Shown here one piece after another: positions 27,601 through 39,570 of a DNA stretch of 64,000 nt; positions within the stretch are counted from its first letter, which is position 1; the number at the start of each line of letters is the position of its first letter. Below the pieces are notes generated by a model. The model worked only from the letters and a program-made list of their open reading frames with translations. It made no database searches and was not told the origin of the DNA. The position numbers and the translations under genes were made by a program. Source of the stretch: Atractiella rhizophila (Eukaryota); assembly GCA_021432655.1 (NCBI GenBank), contig MU271209.1:1-64000 (forward strand), in the 5' to 3' direction.

Positions 27601-28174
27601 CCATGAGGGATTTGGTCACGACTTTGATACAGTATACTCAGAAGGGATCAAAGTTGGGTATCGGTATTTTGATCGACCTGGCGGCCCACAGAGCGCTTTT
27701 CCCTTCGGTTTTGGACTCTCCTACACCTCGTTCTCGTTCAAAAATATCAAAGTCTCTCCCAGCGAGGATTTTGACTTAGGACTCAAAGTCGAGTTTGATG
27801 TCAAGAATACTGGGCTGTTTGATGGTGCAGAGGCTGCCCAGGTGTATGTTCATGCCGTTAATCCGAAAGTGGAGAGACCGGAGGTAGAACTAAAGGGTAT
27901 GAGGAAGGTGTTTTTGAAATCTGGGGAGGAGAGGAGGGTATCTGTTCAGTTGGATGTGAGTTGTTTCTCAGCTGCAGACTATATCGATGTAACGTTGATT
28001 ACTTAGCATTCGGCTTTCTCATACTATGATGTCCAGACGAAAGCATGGATTGGAGAGGCAGGCGATTTCGAAATTAGGGTCGGACCTTCTTCAGTTCAAT
28101 TTGCTCTTATCGCACCATTCCATCTCGAGCGTAGCTTTTCGTGGACCGGACTGAAGAAACCGTCTGTTTTGTGA
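24689..28174 (+). CDS. GH3 beta-glucosidase with PA14-like insert and Fn3-like domain, no signal peptide
   Basis: SDGPNGVRG, GGRGFESYSEDP, nucleophile IMSDW, DLEMPG, PSGKLPVTFP, FPFGFGLSYT. Confidence 0.93.
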
Positions 28175-28242
28175 CGGTCAATGTAACATTCCAAATCTAT
28201 CCTACTTACAATCTGTATGTGAAGTCTAGCAACCATGTATTT

Positions 28243-29369
28243 TCAAAAGCAGCTGTATCTTTCCGCCGAAACCCAATCTATTTCACTTGCATCCAACTTC
28301 GGAGGCCCAAACCAGCACAACATGTTCCTCGAATCGCCCCGTCTCTGCTCTTCCACCTGTAGCAACTCTGGTAAGCCCTCCAGATAACGCTGTTTCAACT
28401 CCCAGACCTCAACCCCCTTCATGCCCATCTCCATCGCTCTTGCCACAATAAACTTAAGCAGCTTTGGAAACTCTTCAGGCTCACACCGGAGACGCAAAAT
28501 CCTCAGGTCGGAATATCGAAAATCATAATAGAAGAGAACGAAAGAATCTGAGCCTGATACTCGCGCTCCGTAGATCGACGGCTTCGGGCGGGAAAAAAAT
28601 CGATGGACATGGTCGAAGGAAGCACGGGTGATAAAATACTCGATTTCATCGCCTGTGGGTGGGATATACAAACGTGGTTTGCTGAACTCAGACCTGAGGA
28701 CGGTGGTTTGAACGAGCTGGGCATCAGTCGCGCAAATGGCGCGAATGTCTTCCATGTTCTCAATTGGCATCAAGTCTTGTTCTTCCGTTGCCGTTGTCGA
28801 TGAAAGAAACGCCTCCATATCCTTAGATGCGACTTCCCACCTGCGATATGTGTTGCCCTTTTCAACATAACCAAACCGTTCGTAGAAACCCTCCACATCC
28901 GCGAACAAAACCATGGCTTGAACTCCTTCTGTTTTCAGCTCTTCATGCAGCGAAGAAAAGAGAAGAGAAGCGTAGCCTTTCCCGCGATGAGGCAAAGGCG
29001 TATAGACTGAATAAACAACGCAATAATCCACCTCGCACAGTTCGGAAGAAGTAGTAAGGGTAGAGGGTAGAGAGATCAGAGCGCGTCCCCTAAAGGTTTT
29101 ACATCCAGACAACGGGTTGAGGGTAGTCGGATCATCCGCAGGCACAAGGACCCTGCAAATCCTTCAGTATTGTGAGGGATAGCTTATTGAGTAAAATACC
29201 AAGGCTGCAGCTTCCCCTTCTGGGAGTACGATATATTTCTGAGCTCCATCTCCCTCTCTACGTACTCCTCAGAGTTCAACACTCCTCCCCATGACGCGTG
29301 AGAATGACCAAATGCGACCTTGTATTGCTCCAAAGAAGCTCGAATGAGGATAGGCTGCGAAGACGTCAT
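28243..29369 (-). CDS. GNAT acetyltransferase (LYC1-like)
   Basis: WGGVL, SVYTPLPHRGKGYA acetyl-CoA motif, LFADVEGFYERFGY; one intron. Confidence 0.8.
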
Positions 29370-29438
29370 GTTGTTCGCTGCGTCTATCTGCCTCAGGGAT
29401 TTGGAATCAGTGAGAAATGTGCTTTCTAACACTTTGCA

Positions 29439-29580
29439 CTAACAATCCCCAATCACTTATTAGTGAGTGCAAATGGTATAAACGAATATGTGATTCCAGT
29501 ATAAATGATCGTACATACCTAACAATCCCCAATCACTTATTAGTGAGTGCAAATGGTATAAACGAATATGTGATTGGGGA
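29439..29580. repeat. 57-bp perfect direct repeat (period 80) with nested inverted repeats
   Basis: 29439-29495 equals 29519-29575; TCCCCAATCAC 29526-29536 is complementary to GTGATTGGGGA 29570-29580. Confidence 0.9.
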
Positions 29581-30152
29581 AAAGGAAAAGGAAAGAAAAC
29601 ACATCAAGCATACTTATAAGTCCGGACTAGCGGTGAAGTGCACATGTTTGGCACGGCATCCGGAACGCGATGCAAATAAAACAAACAAGTGGCATCCACG
29701 GATCTCCAACAGAATCAAAGAAAAATTCTCGAGAATATGTATTGCACCTTGCATAAGTCAAATAGCTCTGAACGCGAGCGTGACGCGTTCACTACGGCAG
29801 ATAAGACACAGTGATCGTTGTGGAACTTCAAATCTTTGAGTCATAGCTGCGGACCTTATGAGCTCTACTTCATGTTTGATGCAGAACTGCAACTTAGACA
29901 GGGGACAGGAAGACATTAGGCGAGGTAGTCGCACTAGCTTGATGATAACAGCGCGTAAGAACTGACCGAACTCATAATATGGCATGGAGGTCCTACGGTA
30001 GTACCCAACAGGAACCAAGGCTCTGACCCCAGTGTAACAAACTTGTTAACGGATCATAAATAACAACCTGATGTTACGACCTTCCAATTTTGGAAGATAA
30101 ATCAGAGCCACGGAACCTTATCTATTTCCGAACTTGAAAGTTTTCAGGAGCA

Positions 30153-31324
30153 ATGACAGAACCTCAACAAACCACTGGTAAGAAGCGCCGTGCCAACAAC
30201 AGGGCAAATGATGATAGTCTATTTACTAAGACTCCAGAAGAAATTTTGTCCCAAAATCGCGAAGCATGCATTTTCGTTTTGTTCTCAACCATGTGCTTAT
30301 CTGACTTCAGGTCTTACCCCCATTCTTCGTAGAAAAGCATAAGAGAGAAGCTGCTAAAAATTGGTAAGATGCGTATCCTCTATTGCGAGAGTTCGCTTAG
30401 GTTAGCGCGATAGGGATAAATTTTACACCGCAAACACGACGAACTTTTTCAAAGATCGCCATTGGACATCCAATGAATTCACGGAGCTAGATGAACTCCT
30501 ATCAGAAGGAGATAACCCCATTGTCCTAGAGGTTGGATGTGGTGTGGGGAACTTTGTTTTCCCTTTGCTGAAAAAATATGAGAAGGCGAGATTCTATGCT
30601 TGTGATTTTTCAGCCAAAGCAATTGCTCTGACAAAGGTAGGTGCTTGATTTCTATCAAATCGTCACTTGTGGTTACTAATGGACTGGATCTAATAGGAAA
30701 AGGACGAATATAAAGAACATTCGGATCGAGTCTATGCCTTCGTGCATGACCTAACCTCCCCAGAGCTGCTGTCACCAAAACTTATCCCCTTTCCCCCTCG
30801 AGTTCAACCAACGACAGCACCGTCATCGAGTCTTATAGAATCTTCGCCCACGTCACCTCCAGACCTGTCATCTCCAATAAAACTAGACATGATCACCTTG
30901 CTGTTCGTCCTCTCAGCCATCCCACCAGCCCTTCACTCTTCCGTGTTCCAGACTCTCTCCTCCCTCCTTCCATCCGGTGGACAACTCCTCTTCCGCGACT
31001 ATGCATTGCATGATCCCGCCCAACTTCGCTTTCATACGCGTCCATCGGCGTCCTATAGCTCCCCAAGCTTGATGGATAAGGACAAGCCATTGTATAGACG
31101 AGGAGATGGAACGATGAGTTATTTCTTCACGGAAGAAGAGGTAACCAAAATCGCTGAAGAGACGGGATGGAGAGTCAAATCGGTGGAAGTGAAGAAGAGG
31201 GAGATGGAAAATCGAGGGGAGGGGTGGAAGGTGACTGTTCATCTTTCGTGCTAGGGATAGCAGACTGATTATGCGCCATTAGATGGAGAGGAAATTTATA
31301 CAGGCTGTATTTGAGAAGCCTTGA
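30153..31324 (+). CDS. tRNA N3-methylcytidine methyltransferase (METTL2/METTL6/Trm140 family)
   Basis: NWDKFY, FFKDRHW, LEVGCGVGN, ACDFS, LFVLSAI, FRDY, YRRGDGT, RKFIQAVF. Confidence 0.9.
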
Positions 31325-31826
31325 GTATCCAGACGCCTTGCTCATAGTGCAGGCACCTTCGTCTCGGAGCTCGTATACGCGGACGAGACCAACACCTCGA
31401 TATGCCTCAATGTGGATTAGACGGAGTGTCAACTAGTGTAGCGACGTCTTTAACGATGTGCGCGGTTATGTAAACAAGCTTGAACACCGTGCAAAGCTTT
31501 GCAACGCGAAACAGTTGACCATTCAAAGCTACGTGAGATGGCCCTGTGAGACGTCGCAACATCGTTCGTGTTCATACATCCTACACTCTCGACACATTTT
31601 GGAATGTCACGATATGTTCAAGGAAGTTGTAGCTGTGGCAATCTGTTTTCTAATGACTTGTCATCACTCTGTCCTAAGCTGCAATTTGATCACTTTCTTG
31701 AATTCACCTCGTAAGGCCTTTATGCTACCCATCACTCCTTTGGCCGAGAACCTTCTTTCAATTTCCCAAACCAACCAGCGCAAAGCAAGACACAAGCCTT
31801 TCCTCAGCAACTCACTTTTCCAAATA

Positions 31827-33644
31827 ATGCTCGCGCGTAGCGGTTTACAGACCTCTCGGGTCTTTGTCCGCGGTATGGTACTGCTTTCTCTACGCTGTGT
31901 AGTAGTTGATATTTGTTTACAGCGCAACGTTCCTTCTCCAGCTCGCCTGCTCGGCAATCCCCTTACGATGCCACTATTCCCAACCTCCGCCTATCACCTT
32001 ATGCCAGAGTTCTCGTCCAAGGATTCACAGGAAAAACTGCCACCTTTCATGCTAAGGAGGCAATAGCATTCGGTACCAATGTTATGGGTGGTGTCAATCC
32101 TAAAAAGAAGGGAGAGACACATTTGGGATTGCCGATCTTCGGTAGCGTCAAGGAGGTACGCATTTTCCTTGTACACAGAAGAGTTGGAGTGTTTTAGTTT
32201 GTTTGAAAGTGACATTTATGGCTATCCTGTCATGTCAGGTGTGACGGTGAGGAAAGCGCAGAGCTCTTTGGAGAGTTCGGTATTATTTGCTATTGCTCAT
32301 GGTACCTTGAAGGCACCGGTGTGCAAACCTCCGTGGCCGTCTAGTATCTCTAAGGAGCACTTCTATTGCAATGTGGGCTGACTGGAGGATTCTTGCTTTG
32401 GACATGCATTTCTTGCTTTCTCACCGTTTTTCTTACACATTAAATGGCTCGCATTCCTATTTTAAACTGAGCGTTATGATGACACCACGCACTGGGCACT
32501 GAAGTCCTCTTCCCAAAGACGGACCAAAGATTAGATGCTTAAGCGGCCTCAGAAACCGTGTGACTGAACGGCTCAAACGTTTACCATATTTCAATGTGGG
32601 CAAAATATCTGACTAATTTACCTTTTTCAGGCAATGTCTCTGCCAGCCGACCAACGTCCAGATGCGACTGTGATTTACGTTCCTCCTCCCTTCGCCGCGG
32701 ACGCCATGATCGAAGCTATAGAAGCTGAGGTCCCTCTCATAGTCACCATTACCGAAGGTATTCCCCAAGCTGATGAGATCAAGGTAAGAAGCGTCTCGAC
32801 TCAATTGCAGCCGGAATGCTAATATTTTCTTGTCAGGTGACTCAAGTGATGAAGAGCCAATCAAAGTCTCGACTTGTTGGGCCCAACTGTCCAGGAGTGC
32901 TCGTACCGGATCAGAGCGGAAAGATTGGCGGTTGCAAGATGGGTATCATGCCTGGCAACATCTTTTCTCCTGGACGCATAGGTAAGACCTTCCTTTCTAC
33001 TGACCCTGTACTTAACGACACGACAGGAATTGTCTCGCGTTCTGGAACCCTGACCTACGAGGCTGTCGATCAGACAACAAAAGTTGGCTTAGGTCAGTCG
33101 ACATGTGTCGGTATCGGAGGAGATCCGTTCCCTGGTTCTCAGCACATCGATGTTGTCAAGTTCTTCCTTGAAGATCCTACAACTGAAGGTTGGGTCTTCC
33201 TTGCCCGCTTGCTCCGTGTCTGAGGGATCTGTGATATACAGGTATCGTGCTGATTGGAGAGATTGGCGGGTCTATGGAAGAGGAGGCTGCGGAGTACCTG
33301 GAGAAGTACAACAAGACGAGGGCTCACCCTAAGCCCGTTGTCTCCTTCATTGCAGGGCGGACGGCTCCACCGGGTAGGAGGATGGGACACGCTGGTATGC
33401 TTCCTCTGTCGTAGTAAGGTTAGCAATTTACCAGAAGAGAAAGGCGCCATCATCAGTGGTGGGAAAGGAGGAGCAGAAGACAAAGTTAAGGCGCTGGAGA
33501 AGGCAGGTGCTGTCGTGAGCGACAGCCCCGCCAAGCTCGGAGCGCTTATGAAAAAGGTGTGTCTTCGTGTCATTCCCCATTCGTTATATTGATCACATTG
33601 GATTCGAATAGGCTATGGATGAAGCCGACGCCAGGAGGAAGTAA
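31827..33644 (+). CDS. LSC1: Succinyl-CoA ligase alpha subunit, mitochondrial
   Basis: [41 protein letters not shown], phospho-His motif RRMGHAG; long intron 32156-32630. Confidence 0.96.
32244..32570 (+). ncRNA. Candidate snR30/U17-like structured intronic RNA
   Basis: Multibranch domain 32244-32427, H-box ACATTA 32437-32442, m1-like ATTCCTA 32453-32459, m2-like AAACC 32553-32557; ACG where ACA is expected. Confidence 0.45.
32468..32575 (+). ncRNA. Intronic box C/D snoRNA (snR76/SNORD88-like)
   Basis: Box C ATGATGA 32476-32482; guide GCACTGGGCA then D' CTGA 32499-32502; D CTGA 32564-32567; terminal stem TGAGCGTT/AACGGCTCA; guide complementary to LSU rRNA UGCCCAGUGC. Confidence 0.8.
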
Positions 33645-33932
33645 CGAGAGCACCAATATTTTTTATATCGCGCTACCGTTGGACAGCATATTATGTAGAT
33701 TCGCAATTTCTCTGGTTTTTACTCCGCCAGAATCACGGAACTAGAGTATCTCCTCGCACTTTCAGTAAGGGAAGCGACAACAAGACATTGGCTCAGTTAC
33801 ACGGCCGAACCAACGTGGATTAAAGGTAACATGGATAAGCAAAAGACTGTCACTTCAATTTTCCTAACCAATTCCAAACGGTTGATTTAATACATACACC
33901 TTTTCTCCATTTTATCCTTCCTGCCTATGTCT

Positions 33933-35025
33933 TTATGCAGACGGCTTTCTGCCACTAATCCATACAAATTTCATAACCAGTTTGTTCTCTGGGTCCTTCG
34001 CTGCGCTGACGACTGCTTGCTGAAACTCTTCTGGCACTTTGCCTTTTGACCCTTTCACGAAGGAGTTCAGCCAATTGGTTCGGAACCAAGTGCCCAACTC
34101 CTTCTCCTTCGCATCTGCCAGTGTCGTTTTTTAGCAATTTGTTGTCCTCAGCGTTCAGATGTCGACCTACCTTCTGGCCAGTCACCGACTGGAACAGAGA
34201 CGTCCCGCTTTTCGATGTCAACAAGGCCATGCTCCCGGAAGTGGGATTCTAGCTCGCTGCCAACCTCCGTTGGGATGCCATTGCTCTGTAACATTTGCCT
34301 GCCCATCCCTTGCATTTGTTCAATGGCTGGAGGCACTGGTTTGGACGGGTCGACAGATTCGACGCTGTAGTTGCAAGATTCGGCGGATAACAGCCAGCCC
34401 CCTGGAGCAAGCATGTCGATGGAACGTTTGATCACTTTGTCGAAAAATCCAGGTATCTACTCCACATGAGGGATCATGATGCAAGGCGACATGACAGGAT
34501 ACTCACGCCATATCCAATGAAACGACCGTGTATAACATTGAAACTTCCCTCCAGCCCCCAGTCAGAGTCCAAGAAGTTTCCATATTGGAATTTGCAGTTT
34601 GGAAGACCACTATCCCGCTCGTTCACTTCAGTGGTTGGTCAAAAGTATATTCGAAAGACTTGCCTGGGCGGAACTTCGTGAATGTCGATGCCAATAACTT
34701 CAGACTGAGGAAATTCGGTGGCTAAATCTCGAGCCCTGCCAGCGTGAGGGACAGTTATATAAGGTAGTTGTGGACACTTCACGGACGAAACATACCAGCT
34801 ACCACTTCCTGTTCCCAAGTCCAGGACGCGCTTAGGCTGGCCGAGATCTCGAACGAGATAGTTTGCTCCAAAGTAATCCTTGTATCGATTATGTTGCTCA
34901 GTCAATCGAGCCCATTCCTCTTCATCTCCCTATCCAGTCATCAGTTTATTAGCGACTAGAAGTTAACGGGCAGCGCCTCTCACAGGAAGGAGATATAGTC
35001 CCTCACTTTTGTCGTCTTTGGGCAT
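33933..35025 (-). CDS. Class I SAM-dependent methyltransferase (fungal LaeA/TAM-like group)
   Basis: RLTEQH, RVLDLGTGSGSW, VIGID, LAPGGWL, PVGDWP, C-terminal GRKP. Confidence 0.85.
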
Positions 35026-35361
35026 TTGTGCTATTCTGATCTGATAAATGAGCTCGCAACGGCAACGCAATTGCGTTGGTCAAATGATGGGATTGGTTGA
35101 GAGGGGTCCAACCGGGTTCGACTTCACCCTCCTCTGCCCCTTATATCATCCCCTTAATTGAGTCTTGAGTCCTTGCTTATGTCCGACAGTACCCTTGTGC
35201 TATTTTTTGTCTTCCTCCGCTTTGTGCGGTTCTTCACTTTCATCCATGGCTGCACATATTGAAATGTAGTGGGATATGCATACAAGAACTCGTCGCTCGC
35301 TCGCTCGTTATAAATGTTCCATTCTGCAACACAAACGTGCATACGCCGATCTATTTCAGTC

Positions 35362-37486
35362 CTAAAGGTCGTACACCTGTAAACCTTCCCACGCCTCCTC
35401 CGCTTCTGCTTGCAGCAATTTCTGCCTCCCTTCACTCCTCACCTCAATTCGACACTAAACGGACGTTTAAAACGAGTGTCTGTACACCAGAAGTACTCAC
35501 CTTGAAAGGAACAGGTCTCGAGTTAAAGCCGTCTGTGTAAGCAAAGATGTCGGGCAAAGCTCCATCCGGCGAGAAATTGAAAGCCCAAAGAAGCCGACAA
35601 ACTCCCATGTAGAGACCTATCGTGACAATTTGGGACTCGCCAGTGTAACCCAGGAAATTGCGTACTGTTTCGAGCAAGGTGCTCTCCAGGGCAGATTCGC
35701 CTACAGGTACTGGATTAATGCTCATCAAGCAAATTCGAGCCAGACCTACCGTCCCCATCCGAACCCGCTGTGACCGGATTTCTGTGGGTATTTTGGGCCC
35801 CAATTTCCGCCTTGATCCTCTAGAAACCTTTCAGGAATAAATTCGTCTGGCTGGGGGAACATCTTGGGATCTCGATGCCTGCCGTGAAAATGTCAACAAT
35901 CGAGCTAGGAAGCTTTGCACTACCTACATCGCCCATAAGTTGCACAAAATGGTGGACCCCTAACCAATAAGTCAACAACGAATAGTTGTGATAGAACGAT
36001 GATTCGCACTTTCGGGATATGATACGGCCCATACGAATCGTCTGTTGTGACAGCATGAGGTGTTCCTCCTAGAACCGCCACCGGACGCCATCTCAGCACC
36101 TCGTCCACCACTGCTCTGATGTATGGGAGGTGGGGTTCATCTTCCCTGTCAGAACCGGCAGCGAATCAATTAGTTGTAAAATGCGAGCGAGACTACTCAC
36201 CAAGTGGGCGTACGCTTATCCCCAACAACGCGATCAAGTTCTTCTTGAGCCTTCTTTTGTTTTTCCGGAAAGCAAACGAAAGCAAGAACCGCAGAGACCA
36301 AAGTGCTAGAAGTCGTATCCGAACCCGCACCGAAAATGGAAGCAGACAAGCTAGTCAGTTCTTTGTCGTCGAGTCCAAATTTGCTCTGATTCTGCCATAA
36401 AAATTGGGTCCAACTATCAGGCGAGCCTCCAGCTTCGGCCCGTTTGCGAGTTTCGTCAGCCAGTCCGTAGAAGAATTTATGTCCCGATTCGCGATGTTCG
36501 ATGAATGGTTTCTTCCAAGTTGCGAGAAAGGAAGGAAGTTTAGCCAAGAACGGATAGTTCTCCACCTAAAGGAAATGACACTCAGGCGGCATTCAACATG
36601 GCCAAAGGTGTAGCCTACCAGATACTTTCCAGGTTGGTTGATCAAAGCTATTGCTAAGTGCCAAACCGTCAGAAACTTTCAATTTAGACAATAGAGAATG
36701 CCAACCTTGCATTCTTCGAAGCACCTCATTCACAATCGGATTGTTAGCGTCATCGACGCGTCGTCCGTATGAGACTGCAATCACCACGGAAGAAGCATAC
36801 CGTTCAATATGCTAGAATAATGTGAGAATTAGTTGCTGCCATAAGGAGCGATACATACCGCAACATAGTCAGCTGGGTCCTTGACAAGGTCCCAAGCTAA
36901 CCTCTTCGACTCCATCTCTTGTATCGGACGGTATTTGAGTGCAGATTTGTTCATCAAAGCACTGTGCATAATGTTTCGATGCTTTCTCCACTTCTCTCCA
37001 TAAGGCATGAACAGTATCTGAGTGCCTAAGTGTGCACAATTTAGGCTCGTGTGACAGCACCTGAAAGAAGTTACCATTCCCCAAAATTTCGCCCGCAATT
37101 ACAAAGCGTGGCCTGGAAGAATAAATGCCGCCTGTAATTTCATTAACAGAGCTGCTACGCCGAATAGTAGAGAGCCTACTCTTTTTATCCAACAGGTCAT
37201 GAGCAATCTGAGCATCTGAAATGACAATCGTAGGGTTGGGACCAGTGAAGATTGTGTAGATTCCTCCATACTGCTTGGCCCACTCCGCTAACTGCAACCA
37301 TGGGCGTTCCCTAGGAAGTGGGTGTCTATTCCGTCCATAAAGTGGAGGAGAAGGTGGGAGGTTAGCGTAAACTCTGGCTCGATGAATACGGTAAAATAAA
37401 ATGAGGAGCAGAGCGACTACTGGGAGGAGCGTGTAGGAAAGGGACGTTTGAGTCAGAAATGTGTGTAGAAGAGTGAGAACCGACAT
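35362..37486 (-). CDS. Cytochrome P450
   Basis: N-terminal anchor and Pro-rich hinge, AGSDTT, EVLR, PERF, heme motif FGWGRRICPG split by an intron. Confidence 0.93.
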
Positions 37487-37834
37487 GTTGCTGGGGCGCG
37501 CCGAAGAGGTCGAGGCTGTCAAAAGCCAGAGCCTACTGCTTGCTGAGAGATTTAAGGCCGTCACTTGCCCCCACAAGATCGGTTAATCCAATCACGATGT
37601 TCCTCCAGCCAGCCCTGAGCCAGCCCAGCCGATCAGCCGGGCGACCAAACCCTAAAGATGATGCTAACAATTACATGGAAGTTCCATTTTAGAGCATGTC
37701 CTCTGGCGACAACAGCCCCCACTCGAAACCCTACTCAGTGACCAGCGGGACATCACACAGGCAGAAACCACGTCCAACCGACTACCCGCCTTCTACTTGG
37801 CCAACCTTCGCTCGTCACATGCCTCGCGATAGCA

Positions 37835-39261
37835 ATGCCTCCTGCCACTCCCACCCCTCCTTCCGAGACGGAAGCACGGTTCTTCTACTACGGGCTGCCC
37901 TCGTGCCCCAAGCTGGTCGCTCGCTCGAGCACCTACGTCTGGATCGAGAAGCGAGGTCCTGAGGCTTATCTCAACCCCAAAGAGCTGAGCACCCTCGGCG
38001 CTCACCCGCTCGAAGGACTTTGGGAGAGCACTCTGGCTGATCAGATGGAGGATTACATTCTTCAGCAAGGGGTTCAGTTGACCAGCATTGATCCCTACCG
38101 CATCGGCTACGTCGGAGCGACCGACCCGCCTCCCGTCATCTGGGTGGGTGTGGTCCCAAACTCGCTCTCGGGCTCAGTTGGGTGTCGACATCGCCGTTGC
38201 CTGTCGTTCGCTCCTCCTCGATTGCGGGCTCGACATCCACGTCGAGATCCGTGAGTCTACGGCCAACCTGCCGCCAAGCTGCTTCCACCAGTCCCGACGT
38301 TCCACCCCGATAAGGAGGCCAACAACCAGTATGATTACCACACTCACGGACCCATCAGAAACGTCTCCTTGCTAGGCGATGCCGCCCTCGAGGCTCAGCT
38401 CAAGAACATCAAGGCGGAGATCGGTGGCAAAGAGCTCCTCATCAAGCACTTCGAGGGGGCACTAGCTGCGGCTGATGGTATGGAGGAGGAAGAGGCGGCT
38501 GAGGAGCGTAGCTCGGTTACACCCCAACTGAACGCAGCGCGCAAGGCCAAGGCCTCCCTTGAGGCTTTGCTCACCAGACTCAACAACGATTGGACCAATG
38601 ATGCCACCACCCGTGTTATAGGGCACGTCGTTCACTCTCCCCCCTTGGCTTTCAGCGTCGGCAACGGCCGCTACACGGAGGACTGGGCCATCGTAGAAAT
38701 CGACTCCTCCAGGGTGGACAAGACCAACTTTGTAGGCAACGCCATCGACCTCGGGACCGCCACCTCCATCGTTGACATGACGGCTATGATGTACCCCAAC
38801 CCTGCCAACCCCCCCTCGTTCAGCTACCCCCAGGACCGCCTCGTCAGGTTCCACGGCACCATCGCGGACGAGGAGATGGGTAACCCCAACCCGAAGACCC
38901 GCGACCACGCGACCACGATAGCGACCCGGCCATCGTGGTGATGAAGCGAGGCAACACCACCGGCTTGACGGTTGGACGTCTCAACACCATCCGCTCCGTC
39001 GTCCGTTACTACTTCGAGGGAAAGCTCGGCCAGTCCAGCCGCGAGCTGTCCGTCATTCCAAGTCTGGCGTCTTCTCTGGCCGTGGGGACTCAGGCTCCGC
39101 CGTTGTCGATGGACAGGGCAGGGTCGCCGGCATCCTGACTGGAGGCGGGAGCAAGCGACATCTCCGATACCACCTACATCACGTCCATCAACTTCATCAT
39201 CGAGCGCATGAAGGGCAAGGGGTACAACGCCAACATCTTCCCCCTCGCCGTCGACCTCTAA
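37835..39261 (+). pseudogene. Decayed, intronless trypsin-like serine protease gene
   Basis: YYGLPSCPKLVARSS, DWAIVEI, KRGNTTGLTVG and GDSGS fall in different frames; at least four frame breaks. Confidence 0.75.
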
Positions 39262-39570
39262 ACGGCATTGTACATTGCCTCGGTTCTTGATTTACTGTTT
39301 CTTTACCTGTACTTGTAGAAGGACGACAAATTGAAGTACAATGATTATCCATTATCTAAATTTCCCTGATCTCTCGGGGTAGCTGAGAGCTGTTTCCCCT
39401 CGGGGTCCCCTTCCCCTTCCCCTCCGCGGGTAGCGCTTAAGGGGAGAAGGGGATGGTTGACTTTTTAGACGTCAAACCCCGCACGGGGAAACCGTCCACG
39501 GGCACCCCGAATGGGAGCCTTACTTTCATTCGAGAATACACAGTCGTAGTATTATAAAAATAAGAATCTT

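Noticed and set aside
30208..30304. ATGATGA...CTGA resembling a C/D snoRNA
   Set aside because: The box C reads as coding (NDD) in exon 1 and CTGA is the intron branch point.
35780..35810. Suspected frameshift before the P450 heme motif
   Set aside because: Recounting gives a continuous frame (GNWGPKYPQKSGHSGFGWG).
33933..37486. Methyltransferase plus P450 as a secondary-metabolite cluster
   Set aside because: No backbone synthase nearby; adjacency alone is not evidence.
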